A DNA stretch of 64,000 nt, taken from NCBI RefSeq assembly GCF_009914755.1, contig NC_060935.1. One strand, 5' to 3'. A model generated the notes under the pieces. That model did no database searches. It saw only the letters and a program-made list of their open reading frames with translations, and was not told the origin of the DNA. The position numbers and the translations under genes were made by a program. This stretch comes from the human T2T-CHM13v2.0 reference genome, Homo sapiens. Position 1 is the stretch's first letter; every line of letters begins with the position of its first letter. This document shows positions 53,090-64,000 of the stretch, one piece after another.

Positions 53090-56000
53090 GGAATAAAACT
53101 TCACATATTAATATTAACCTTGAACATAAATGGCCTAAATGCCCCCACTTAAAAGATATAGAATGGGAAATTGTATAAAAAACAAGACCCATCCTACTCA
53201 CTATAGGAGACCCATCTCACATGTAACATCACCTGTAAGCCCAAAGTAAGGGGATAGAGAAATATCCATTACACAAATGGAAAACAAAAAAGAGTAGGGG
53301 TCACTATTCTTGTATCAGATAAAATAGACCTTAAAATACAAGGTGTGGGCGGGGGGAGGGATAGCATTAGGAGATACACCTAATGCTAAATGACGAGTTA
53401 ATGGGTGCAGCACACCAACATGGCACAAGTACACACATGTAACAAACCTGCACGTTGTGCACATGTACCCTAAAACTTAAAGTATAATAATAATAAAATT
53501 AAAAAAATAAATAAAATAAAATATAGGGAGGCATTACAGTGAAAAGATATTCATCATACCATTATAATGCCCAGCAACAGGAGAATAGTTAAATAAATTC
53601 TTGACTCTATTGTGAGGTCTTCAGCCTTTAAAAAACAACAACAACAACAACAAAAAATACGAAAACCACATTACACAATGATAAAGGGTTCATTTCAACA
53701 GGAAGATTTAACTAATCTAATTATACATGTAGCCAACATTGGAGCACTCAGATTATAAAGCAATTACTTCTAGAACTAAGGAAAGACTTTGAAAGCCACA
53801 CAATAATACTGGTGGACTTCAACCCTCCTCTGACAGCATTAGATAGAACATCAAGGCAGAAACAAACAAACAAACAAACAAAATTATAGACTTAAATTGA
53901 CACTTGAACAATTGTATCTAACAGACGTCTACAGAATACTCCCTCCAACAACCAAAGAATATACATTCTTCTTACCTGCACACAAAACATACTTTAAGGT
54001 TGACCACACGCATGGTCTTAAAGCAAGTCTCAGCAAATTTTTTAAAAAATCAAAATCATAGCAAGCATTTTCTCAGGCCACAGTGGAATAAAAATATAAA
54101 TCAATACCAAGAGAAAATTTCAGAATCACGAAAATACAGTGAAACTAAACAACTGACTCCTTAATGAGTTTTGGGCAAACAACAAAATTAAGGCAGAAAT
54201 AGAAAAGCTCTTTGAAACAAGAGATAATAGAGACACAACATACCAGTACCTCTGGGATATGGCAAAAGCAGTGTTAATAAGCAAGTTTATAGCACTAAAT
54301 GCCTACATCAAAAAGATACAAAGATCTCAAATTAACAATCTAGCCTTGCCCCTGAAAGAACCAGAAAACAAGAACCCCAAAGCCAGCAGAAGAAAAGAAA
54401 TAACTAAAATAAGAGCATAAATAAATGAAATTAAAACTTCAAAAAATATATACAGGTCAATGAAAAGTTTTTTTAAAGGATAAACAAGATTGATAGATTA
54501 CTAGCTAGATTAACGAAAAAAGAGAGAAGATCTAAATAATCAGAATTAACAAAGGCGACATCACAACTGATTCCACAGATTACAAAAGATCCTCAGAGAC
54601 CGCTATGAACACCTCTATGTACACAAACTAGAAAATCCAGAGAAAATGGATAAATTCCTGGAAACACACAAACTCCTGATATTGAACGAGACAGAAATCC
54701 TGAACAGACCAATAAAGAGTAATAAAATTGAATTAGTAATAAACATCTACCAACCAAAAACAGTCCTGGATCAGGTGGATTCATAACCACATTCCACCAG
54801 AAATACAAAGAGAAGCTGGTACAATCATTCTGAAACTATCCCAAAACACTGAGGACAAGGGACTTCTCATTAACTCCTTTTCTGAGATAAGTACCTTCCT
54901 GACACCAAAATCCAGCAAAAATATACGAAAAAAAGAAAACTACAGGTCAGTATCCCTGATGAACATAGATGCAAAAGTCCTCAGCAAAATACCAGCAAAC
55001 TGAATCCAGAGGTACAACAAAAAGTTAATTCAAAACAACCAAGTGAACTTTATTCCTGGGATGCAAGTATGGTTCAATGTATGCAAATCAATAAATGTGA
55101 TTTGCCACATAAATAGAATTAATAACAAAATTATATGATCATCTCAATAGATGCAGAAAAAGAATTTTATTAAATCCAACATCCTTTTATGATAAAAACC
55201 CTCAAGAAACTAAGCATAGAAGAGATATTCCTCAAAATAACAAGAGCCATCTCTGTCAAATCCACAGCCAACGTCATACTGAACAGACAAAAGCTGGAAG
55301 CATTCCCTCTCAGAAGTGAAACAAGACAAAGATGTCCACTCTCACCACGCCTATTCAACGTAGTACTGGAAATCTCTTCATAGCCAGAGAAATCAGGCAA
55401 GAGAAACAAAGGCATCTAATTAAAAAAGAAGAAGTCAAATTATCTCTCCTTACTGGTGAAATGATTCAACACCTAGAAAATCCTAAAGATTCTGCCAACA
55501 GACTCCTAGACCTCATAAATGACTTCAGCAGGGTCCCAGGATGCAAAATCAATGTACAAAAATTAGTAGCATTTCTATATGTCAGTTACCTTCAAGTTGA
55601 GAACTCAATTAAGAGCACAATTTCATTTCCAATAGCCACAATAAATAAATAAATAAATAAATAAATAAATGCTTAGGAATATACTTAACCAAGAACATGA
55701 AAGATCTCTATGAGGAGAACTACCAAACACTGCTGAAAAAAAATGGCAGATGACAGAAACAAATGGAAAAGTATTTACTGCTCATGGTTTGGAAGAATCA
55801 GTATTATTAAAATGTTCCTACTACCCAAAGAAATCTACAAAATCAATGCTATCCTTATCAAATTATCAACATCATTTTTCACTGAATTAGGAAAAATTAT
55901 TCTAAAATTAATACAGATTTACAAAAGAACCTCAATAGCCCAAACAATCCTAATCAAAAAGTACAAAGCTGGAGGTCAATTCAAACTATACTATAAGGCT

Positions 56001-57090
56001 ACGGTGACGAAAACAGCATGGTACTGGTACAAAAACAGTCACACAGACCAATGAAATAGAATGGAGAACCCAGAAATAAAGCTGCACACCTATAGCGATC
56101 TGATCTTTGACAAAGTCAACAAAACTATGCAATGAGGAAAAAATCTTCTATTCAATAAATGGTGCTGGGAAAACTAGCTAAGCATACGCAGAAGAATGAA
56201 ACTGGATCCCTACCTCTCACTGTATACAAAAACTCACTCAAGATGGACTAAAGGCTTAAATGTAAAACCTCAAACTGTAAAAATTCTAGAAGAAAACCTA
56301 AGAAATACTTTTCTAGACATTGGCCTAGGGAAATAATTTAAGACTAAGTCCCCAAAAGCACTTGAAACAAAATCAAAAATAGACAAATGGGACTAAATTA
56401 AAGTGTTTCTAAACAGCAGCGAAAGAAACTCTCAACAGAGCAAACCGACAATCCATAGAATAGGAGAAAATATTTGCAAACTATGCATCTGACAGAAGAC
56501 TAATATAAAAAATCTACAAGAAACCTAAATCAGTCAACAAGAAAAAAAAAAACTTCATTAAAAAGTGGGCAAAGAGCATGAACAGACACTTCTTAATAGA
56601 AGACATACAAGTGGACAACAAACATGAAAAAAATGCTCAACATCACTAATCATCAGAGAGATGTAAATCAAAACCTCAGTAAGATATCATCTCACACCTA
56701 TCAGAATGTCAATTATTAAAAAGTCAAACAATAACAGATATTGATGAGGTTGCAGAGAAAAGGAATGCTTATCCACTGCTCGTAAGAGTGCAAATTAGTT
56801 TAGCCCATGTGGGAAGCAATTTAGAGATTTCTCAAAGAACTAAAAATACAACTACCATTTGACCCAGCAATTCCATTATTGAGCACATCCCCTGCTGCCC
56901 AGCAAAAAAAAAAAAAAAAAAAAAAATCTACCAAAAAGACATACGCACTTGTATGTTCATTGCAGTACTATCTACAATAGCAAAGACATGGAGTCAACCT
57001 AGTGCCCAGCAGTAGTGGACTGCATTACAAAAATTGTGGTATATATATACCATGAAATATTACACAGCCATAAAAAAGAAAAAAGTCATG
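53090..57090 (+). pseudogene. L1 ORF2 (endonuclease/reverse transcriptase) remnant
   Basis: HILILTLNINGLN start; [19 protein letters not shown]; [16 protein letters not shown]; many stops and frameshifts. Confidence 0.9.
53342..53653 (+). mobile_element. Young 5'-truncated L1PA (PA3-5-like) 3' end with putative 3' transduction, nested in the old L1 ORF2
   Basis: gggatagcattaggagat...gctaaatgacgagttaatgggtgcagcacacc...ccctaaaacttaaagtataat; A tail to 53520; foreign 109 bp; second A/(CAA)n tail; TSD aaaatacaa/aaaatacga at a TT/AAAA site. Confidence 0.85.
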
Positions 57091-57329
57091 TCGTAGCAAA
57101 GGTGGGAAATGGCTGAAAAACATTCTGTTGGACACTATGTCCACTATCTGAGTGACAGAAACAATAGGAGTCCAAACCTTAGCATCACATTATATAACCT
57201 TATAACAAACCTGCACATGTACCCCTGAATCTAAAATAAAAATGGCAATTAAAAATATAAATTTCAAAATAAAATAAATCACATAAAATTATTTGCATAG
57301 CTTGTCATGTGTCCAATATGTACAAAGAA

Positions 57330-57490
57330 CATTTTTCATAGTCTCCATTAATCCTCAAAACAACATTGTATAATGTCACAATTACAGATGAAGACTCAGG
57401 TACAAAGCAGTGAATATGTTGCCACAGGTCGCAGAGGTAAAATGGACCAGACCCAGGCGGTCAGGCGTTCTTTCTTTACGGAGAACTGCC
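57330..57490 (-). mobile_element. MIR SINE
   Basis: cattaatcctcaaaacaac...ttacagatgaagactcagg. Confidence 0.65.
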
Positions 57491-58129
57491 ACTTCTTAAG
57501 GCCAGACAGAGCTCAAGTCAGATGTTCTGCAGGAGATCCAACATCATTCTTATCACCTACTCTTCAGGAAACCACTTGACTTTCAACTTAGTTCCCTGAG
57601 TGAGTACTGTAGCAAAAAATAAACACTGGGAATTCTGGATTGGCCCTTAGTCTCCAAACAGCAGTACCTCCCAGTGAAAAGGCACAGTAGCACCCTGGAA
57701 GAGAGATAAGTCTGTTGCTTTAGGTGGTTGAGAGTTCTGGGAACTGATAACGTTCAAATTATCAGCATCTGCTAAGCTGATGATGTCACATAGGTACTTT
57801 CACACTTAAAACCCTGGTTTGAACAATTTAAATGGCTTTTCTCCTTACAAGACTTCAGAGCTTTTAATATGTTCAAGTGCACTTCACAAAGTTTTTTGTA
57901 TTCTTTATCTGAAGAGATGAGCATTCCACTGAAGATATTTTAGAAGCAATTTTAATAATAATGATAATCAAAATGAAAGTAACAAAATAAGTTCTAGTCA
58001 GTTTTCTTATTCATTAGTAGTTATTATATATGATAATCAATGTGTATATTAAAATGTAATTATATATTTTATAAAATATATATACATATTCAAGTGTCAA
58101 TATAAAGATGAGGACAGCAACACCCATAA

Positions 58130-58690
58130 CAGTTACTTATTGAGCCTTATCTACTTGACAAAAACTGTGTTAACTCCTCATCCTCATGAAAATTTTGTGC
58201 TGAGTAGCATCAAATACTAAGAAACAATATTACTGATAGGAGCAAGGACTCTGAAGCTGAGCTCCTGCATTTAAACCCCAACTCTGTCTTTATCTAACCT
58301 TGCACAAGGTACTGGTCTCCCCATATTTCAGTCTCTTCATCCATACAGTTGGTATAATAATGCTTACAGAAACTATATATATTCATCCCATTTTGCAAAT
58401 GAGGAAACAGACAGAATAAAATTGTCATTAAATGGAGACAAGTGAGAGGCAACTGTCCTTCAAGAAAAAATCTGGATCTTAGAACCAGAAGGCCTAGAAC
58501 TCAGCTTTGCCAAGCACTAGCTACATGGTCCTTGGCATACAAGGCTTCTAAGTTTCCCTTACAGGTAAAATCAAGTTGATACTTGCCCCCCCACCAGCAC
58601 ATACACACTATATGCCATAAGTGTGGATTAAGTGAGAGAATGAATTGGAAAGGACCCAGCACCAATATTCAGTAAATGTCTGTAGAATCT
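58130..58690. mobile_element. Cluster of MIR fragments
   Basis: gactctgaagc...tttcagtctcttcatcc; cccattttgcaaatgaggaaacaga; actagctacatggtccttggca. Confidence 0.6.
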
Positions 58691-61214
58691 AAATGTGCCT
58701 TTTGTAACATTCTCTCCTTATTAAACTCCAATTGAGAAAATAGTGTATTAAGATAATAATGACAAAAACTGAGGCAGCAAGTGATTGTGTATGTCAAGCA
58801 CATGTTTCTTTGTTTTCTTTTTCTTTACCCACCAGGAGACACAATCTTCTTTGAAACTGCAAATGCATAGCCACCCTATGAAGACTTCCTAAGAGAATTT
58901 CTTTGTTTGAATGGAACTTGCATGTACATGCTTTCCACATTTTACCTTTCTCCCATCCTACTTAACACATACTTTTTTGACTACCATTACTTCTCCTGCT
59001 CAATGTATTTTTCATTTCTGTATAGACTTGATTTAAAATTATTTTCATCTCTAGAGATGAGGGGATATTTTTCAATATAAAATAAAAATTAAACGGAGCT
59101 CGCTCATGCTTAAATATCTCCCCTGGTCTCAGACTCTACCACTCATCATTTATTAAGTAAAGATTTTGCAACCCGAACATGAAAGAGAAACAACTTTCTG
59201 CTCAGTTGCTCAAGACATCATAAATGATTGCTGTGATATCTGAGTACTACTCTTGGTTGTGAGTGCTGACCTCACAGTGAGACTCAAATTTGATTGGTGT
59301 CTTCACCTTATCACATTTCTTATTTCTCTTATTTCACTCTTTTATACTGAGTAGGAAGTAACAAACATTTGCCATAGTTGTCCATGAATCAGTATTTGGG
59401 AAACAAAATCACTATACAACCCTGCTTTAAAAACTGCTGCAAAATATTTGCTTTTTACATTTGCATTTAATTGCCAATGTTCTGATTTTAGTGGTTATAA
59501 CTCTTCTATATCTGGCTCTCATTCCTCATTAGAAGGACCGTCTTGCACAATAGTAGAAATTTAGAATTCAATTAATACAGTCACACTCCACAAACAATGG
59601 TGATATGATCTGAGCAAATTGGCCCACGTGCCAAGAATTAATGAAAAACATTAGAAGCTCCGAGGAAGGAAGAGAAGAAAGAATGGGCTCCTTTCCATTA
59701 GTTTGATGGCTTTCTCATAATCCATATTTCATCGGTAACTGGTAGTATTTATGTTTAAAAATCAGATTACATCATGATATTATTGTGGAATCAGAACCAT
59801 GTTGTAGCTGGCAACAAATGTACTTTGACAGGATTCAGATGAATCATCTTTCCTTGACCCTGCCTTATGACAGTGAACAAAGCAAAGAAAACGAAAGTGA
59901 TGAAGCAACATGTCAGTGAGAACTGGGTGCAAAGCCATTTTACTTTATTTGAATGTTATGAAAGTGGGATACTCATTGACTTTACGGTCAAATTTACAGG
60001 TCTGATTTCCTTGGCTTAGCTCTTTGTTTGTCATGTTGTTTTGCCTTCTAAAAAAGAAATCATATCTAAGCTTCCCATCTAAAATATAGCCAGTATCCTA
60101 ATTCTCGTGTCAAGGCTGAGTGTTGAGCTTGCACTAATTCATAAGATTTTTAAAGGATTGAAAATGAGACTCAACATGCACTTGTTCTTTGTCAGTCAAA
60201 TGGGCATGATGTCAGGAAGAGGCCCATGCCCTCTGGACCTCTTTCTTTCTGACTTTTTCTCTCTGTGAGGAAGTCCGTTAGGGTGTGTAACTGGTTTGAA
60301 ATCTAGGAAGCATCTTAACCATGGTTTAACCTGTAGGGAGTCTCAGAGAGTGTTGAAAATCATAACTGCAGACTTGTTTCTAGACTACTGAGCCCTTGGA
60401 CTGAGAGGCACAGTTGAGAATCGGAAAGGAAAAATTTGATAAATAATAGCTATGAAGAAGTCATCAGATGGCAGATTGAAATGAAACTTAGAAATGGCAA
60501 ATGGGAGACAGCTGATAAGGGAAAGGACAAGAAATTCCTAGTGATATAAGTGAAGATCAGAAAAATAGTGCAAGTAAAGTATTACTCCGGTCCTTAAGAG
60601 TCTGACTTTAGGGGAGTGTCTATGGTGCCACTTCCAGCACATTGTGAACAGATGTTTTCCCGTAGATTTTTAGAATGAGATTTTCAAGAGCTGTGGACCA
60701 GAGTAAAAGGACTGATGTAGTGTGAAATTAGAGTTGTAAGTGATTAACAAAATGGAAAGTTTCTGCCCTGTAACTGTTAAATGACCTTGCTAGAGTCTAT
60801 ATTCCATGGTGATATGCAAATATTAACAGCTTACAAGTAGTTAAGCATATCAGATAGACTCTCCATATAAACCATGAAAATTCGATTTCATGCAGGGACA
60901 TATAAGGTGGCCTAGCATTACTAATGTTGCTATTTACCATCTAACTCTTGCTTCTTTCCTCCTCTAGAATTCATTTTATGTACTCAGTCTACTTTAGAAG
61001 ATTATACCCCCAACTCCTAACATTTGAGTATCTAGAAGAGTGGCATTAATGTTAAAGGTAAAGAAGTTTCTTCAGAGGTTGACAATTTTGAATCAGAACA
61101 TTCTCGGTAGAAAGGAAGCATTAGGGCCTTCTAATCCTACCATTTATCTGTTGCTTAAATTCCTTCTAGAAAAGTTTTTTTCAATTAAATTCTGCCAGAA
61201 ATGAGACCACAGGT

Positions 61215-61420
61215 ATTTACATTCAACAGGTATTTACTGAGAATCCATCACAAGCTAGGCACTGTGCTGGGAATACAGTGGGAAACAAGACAGATACCAT
61301 ACCTGCCTTCATGGAGCTTGTAATGGAAGACAAATAACTAACATATAAGCCAATAAAGAAAGACAGGGATTTCAGGGAATCACAAGCACTATGAAAAAGT
61401 AAAGCAGATTGAAGTATAGT
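61215..61420 (-). mobile_element. L2 3' end
   Basis: cattcaacaggtatttactgag...ctaggcactgtgctgggaatacagtgggaaacaagacagac...cctgccttcatggagctt. Confidence 0.85.
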
Positions 61421-62079
61421 TGAAACTAATGCTCTAAAATGTTTGCAAAACCCCCAGGCTATCTCACCCATGCCACAGCAATATGCAAACACCATTAATG
61501 AAATTGGAACATCGGGGTCTCCCTTGTTCTATGAGGGCAAAATATTAACTATAAATTTGGAAAGAGAAAGAAACTTGACAATGCATACTTGTTTATCATA
61601 TATTATTGAATACCTTCTATGTGCCAGGCACTGCAGGAATATTAGTTCGTGAGCATAGAAACTTTTCATTGTTCACAACTATATTCTCTAGAAAAGTCCC
61701 TGGAACAAGGTAGGTGCTCACTATGTTATGTAACTGAGTGAATACACAAATACAAGGCACTTGAAAAGCAATACATAAGTTCATTACTATAGTACTTCTA
61801 AGAAGTAGAAGATTTTCACATTTTACAGATGAGGGAATAAGGTCTTAAAAAGCTAAGGTAGTGGATTAAGACTGCACAGTAATGAGAGATGGAGCTAGCA
61901 CTCAAGGGGAGGTCTACTTTTTAATCTAGTGTGCACACTCACAAGGCCACTACTCATGGCAGTGGGGTCTGGAGAAGCAAATTTCCAAGGCAAACTTTGA
62001 ACATGGCACTCTTCGGTGTAATTATTTTTTCAATGATTTTTTCATCTTTCAAATTTAGGTTTAAAACCTCAGATTTGAA

Positions 62080-62580
62080 CAGAGCCCTCCAGGATCCGGT
62101 CCCTGCCAAAGCCTAGACTCCTCTGTAATTCTTTGTATCAGTCTCTCGAGATTTCCTCACTCTCCCGTATAATTCAATTTGCCTTCAGAGAATTACATTT
62201 CTCACCACCTCCATGTTTTCCGTATACTACCCCATTGCATGAAGTGTCCTTCACCTTCTCTTTTGCTTTTAAAATTCCTGCTAATCCTCCAAAACCTAGC
62301 TCAAGAGCTACCCTCTACAAGAGTCTTCTGTGAACCCTAAACCAGCATAAGGCACCCTTCCCTTATCATCCTGTAACTCTCTACATACTTCTCCACCATA
62401 CAGCTTATTAAATCCTTAAGTTGCTTATTGTACTGATCTATCTGCCACCATGACTTTGTGCTTTACAAGACTGACTGTGTATTTTAGTTCATTCCTGCAC
62501 TTTTCTTACTTAGCGAACTGTCTGCTATAGTAGGCAACTAATTAATGTTTAATGAATGGATAATGAAAAAACAAATGAAT
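62080..62580 (+). mobile_element. L2 3' region
   Basis: aaggccct-like start...cagctcaa-like block...atagtaggcaac...aatgtttaatgaatgga. Confidence 0.6.
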
Positions 62581-63494
62581 CCTGGAATGAATAATCAAGG
62601 CAGTAGTACCTGTGAGGATGGACTCTTAGCAGCAAAGTTTAGGAGAGTATGAAATAGTTGACAAAAAGAGGTCAGGCATCACTGATGAACAGAACAAGGG
62701 GATACACAAAGAAAGAGTGACTCACCAGACGCATGGATGAGACACCGCTGAGTCCCCATGCTGTAATACAACTTGGTTAAATCCCAGCTACCAAACTTGA
62801 GGTTGTTGTGGGAATAGAAGGAGAAATTATTTGTATTTAGCAGGTTACAAATCAATTGATTCAACTCTGGAGGGAAAAAGGGATTGAGAATTTGCCTATG
62901 ATAAAGCTGTGACTTATAAATTGGGTTTTGTTTTTTTTTTTTCCCCCTCTCTGAGGTTCTCTTGAAACCCTGTACTCTTTTGAAAAGGTTTTGCAACAAG
63001 CTGAATTGCTAAAAGCTGCACTCAGAGACTGTTTCACTGTCACTGGAATGAATTACTCCTTCACGAATTTTGTACCCAGAGAACATCTCTTTCTCTTTGG
63101 AGCTCTTCTGGGTATTGATTTTGACTCAAATGTATCTTACCAAAATAAAAACGAAGGAAAGCTTCCAATCAATTTTTGTTTTAGTTGAAAGCATACAGCT
63201 TTTCAAAATAGATTTTTTTTCCCAATGGTGCAGAATACAGAAGGCAAAGAAGGCCTGGGATTGGGAATTTTGATTCTTCTGAAATTTATCCCTTTGTTTA
63301 CATATCCATCTTTCCCAAGTCCTTAAGTAGCACTGTTATTTTTCTCTATTCTGGTGTGATTGGCTATACTTTGCTCCTAGAAGATGCCCAGTAAATAACA
63401 GTCAAACAGAATTAAAATAATGACAGCTATAACGATGCAGTAGAACTAAGTTTTAGAAATAATTAAGAAAGGCATAGCCTACTTTCCTTAAAAA

Positions 63495-63750
63495 TTGGCA
63501 CATTTAGAACATAAACTCTGAAGCTTCACTGTCTAGGTTCAGGATCTAGCTCAACCACTTACCAGGTTTGTGATCTCGGACAAGGTACTTATATCTCTCT
63601 CCGTAGCCTTGTCTGTAAAATGGGAAGGGAAACAGTATCTACCTCATAATGCTCTTGTGAGAATTAAATGAACTAATACATGTAAAATGCTTAGAACAGG
63701 GTGAGTATATATTAAGACCAATGTAGATACTAGATATTTTTATTATTATA
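63495..63750 (+). mobile_element. MIR SINE
   Basis: caccacttacc-like...tctgtaaaatggg...tatctacctcata...ttgtgagaattaaatgaactaatacatgtaaaatgcttagaacag. Confidence 0.85.
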
Positions 63751-64000
63751 GAACTCTCCCCCTACTTTTATGTGCTATTTTTTTCTAGAAATTGTAGCTA
63801 AAATGAGAATGTTGAATATCTAGACTTACGTATTAATAAGTTTGTTAAACAAAACTTATAAACTAAGTATGTATTACCTCCTCTTTGGATTGGTGAAATA
63901 ATAAGTGGGTTTGTGTACAAGAAAGTCACATAAAACAATGGCGGCTCAAAGATTATAAGCGATCAAAGATAACCAAATTAAAGCAATTTGAATTTAAATT

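Larger units (their letters stand above)
50767..57284 (+). mobile_element. Near full-length old primate L1 (L1PA15-17/L1PB4-like)
   Basis: GC-richer 5' UTR; ORF1 and ORF2 remnants; 3' end aacaaacctgcacatgtacccctgaatctaaaataaa; candidate 17-bp TSD aaaattatatgcacaac (50750-50766) / aaaattatttgcatagc (57285-57301), 14 of 17 identical. Confidence 0.9.

Noticed and set aside
55642-55670. (TAAA)n in L1 ORF2, and the poly(A) at ~56904-56926, as separate insertions
   Set aside because: They sit at A-rich consensus positions with no TSD or element body; most likely slippage expansions.

Overview
AT-rich, CpG-poor primate genomic DNA, most likely human or great ape (AluY, AluS, AluJ/FLAM, L1PA, THE1/MST/MLT, Tigger). 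There is no CpG island, no recognisable RNA gene and no protein-coding exon I can support. The window reads as an intron of a very large gene or as intergenic DNA, and I cannot name a host gene. Most of it is interspersed repeat. The larger elements are a full-length Tigger2 nested in a MaLR LTR, a near full-length hAT BlackJack nested in a MER5A-type element, a complete THE1 retroposon and a ~6.5 kb old L1. There are also MER6A, MER68, LTR41-like and MamGypLTR-like relics, 12 Alu-family elements and many MIR/L2 fragments. All ORF-track hits are repeat-derived or chance. Repeat subfamily names come from recalled consensus sequences and need a RepeatMasker/Dfam check; MIR/L2 boundaries are approximate. 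The most unusual observations: (1) two adjacent perfect 25-27 bp inverted repeats with (TA)n centres at 35.5-35.65 kb, part of a recurrent perfect-hairpin signature in the window; (2) a ~120 nt CpG-retaining, G-U-rich stem-loop in unique sequence at 17.0 kb; (3) an L1 3' transduction nested in an older L1; (4) a 5'-inverted L1MA joining ORF1 directly to the 3' UTR; (5) a candidate minus-strand TATA/Inr promoter and first exon at 10.4 kb. I see no evidence of a multi-gene novel system.
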